Shown here: piece by piece, positions 63,541 through 64,000 of the stretch
Numbering within the stretch: the stretch's first letter is position 1
Layout: the number at the start of each line of letters is the position of its first letter
Assembly (NCBI GenBank): GCA_028534125.1
Contig: CM052816.1
Location: 3,598,001-3,662,000 of the forward strand
Source: Lama glama
Lineage: Eukaryota
Length of the DNA stretch: 64,000 nucleotides
Direction of reading: 5' to 3'
The notes under the pieces: generated by a model
What the model was told of the DNA's origin: nothing
What the model saw: the letters and a program-made list of their open reading frames with translations, nothing else
The model's database searches: none
Translations under genes and position numbers: made by a program

Positions 63541-64000
63541 AAGATGCAGAGGACCAGGCCCTGCAGGGAGGGCTGTGTCATGTACAGAGCCACTGAAGCA
63601 TAAAGGAGCCTGGTGGTTCCAGGAGGGACAGAGCAGGATGTCGCTGGAGAACAGCACGTACGAACTTGGGTGGGAGTTGGAACTGGAGTAAAGTACTCTG
63701 ATGAGGAAGCTAGATTTATTTCTCCTTGTAACGAGGCACCATTAAAGGCTGCGTGATTAGACATACTGGTTAAGAGGCCGTTATCTCTGACGTATCCTGT
63801 ATAAAATGACCACTTAAAACCCGCCCGGCTTTTCCGAGCATTCCTTTAAGTGGAACTCCTTCCAGCTGTATACTGGCTGTCAGCCGGATGCCCAGGTTAC
63901 TGCTTTTAAATATTCGGTGGATTAATTTCACACACGAGGAGAAATCATATGACATCTCACCGCGTAATTAAGCCAAACCACAGATTTTCAGAAATAAAGA

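Larger units (their letters stand above)
39435..64000 (-). other. SGCD: Part of the large SGCD upstream intron (intron 7)
   Basis: No further sarcoglycan coding sequence was recognised upstream of exon 8 in the window; SGCD is known to have very long introns. Confidence 0.75.

Noticed and set aside
1..64000. CRISPR array, operon or prokaryotic defence system
   Set aside because: The DNA is mammalian; no repeat-spacer arrays or gene-dense regions were seen.

Overview
Mammalian, not microbial, genomic DNA, very likely from a camelid: it carries a vic-1-type tRNA-derived SINE and camelid-type L1 3' ends. The only recognisable gene is the 3' end of SGCD (delta-sarcoglycan) on the minus strand. 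This comprises the penultimate coding exon (39311-39434), a 1592-bp last intron, the last coding exon (37545-37718) and an inferred ~8.3-kb 3' UTR ending near 29280, with a candidate proximal poly(A) signal at 37356-37361. Positions 39435-64000 are interpreted as part of the large upstream intron, and 1-29270 as downstream intergenic DNA. Much of the remainder is interspersed repeat (young and old L1, L2, L3, MIR, MER5A/20/58A/102, MLT1/MLT2/MER74 LTRs), and there are three assembly gaps. Repeat family names are recognised by eye from recalled consensus sequences, not from a search. I found no convincing new biological system. The best leads are alternative SGCD C-termini and polyadenylation, candidate cardiac/muscle enhancers, two CTCF motifs, two CpG-dense patches and several nested insertions with readable target-site duplications (TSDs).
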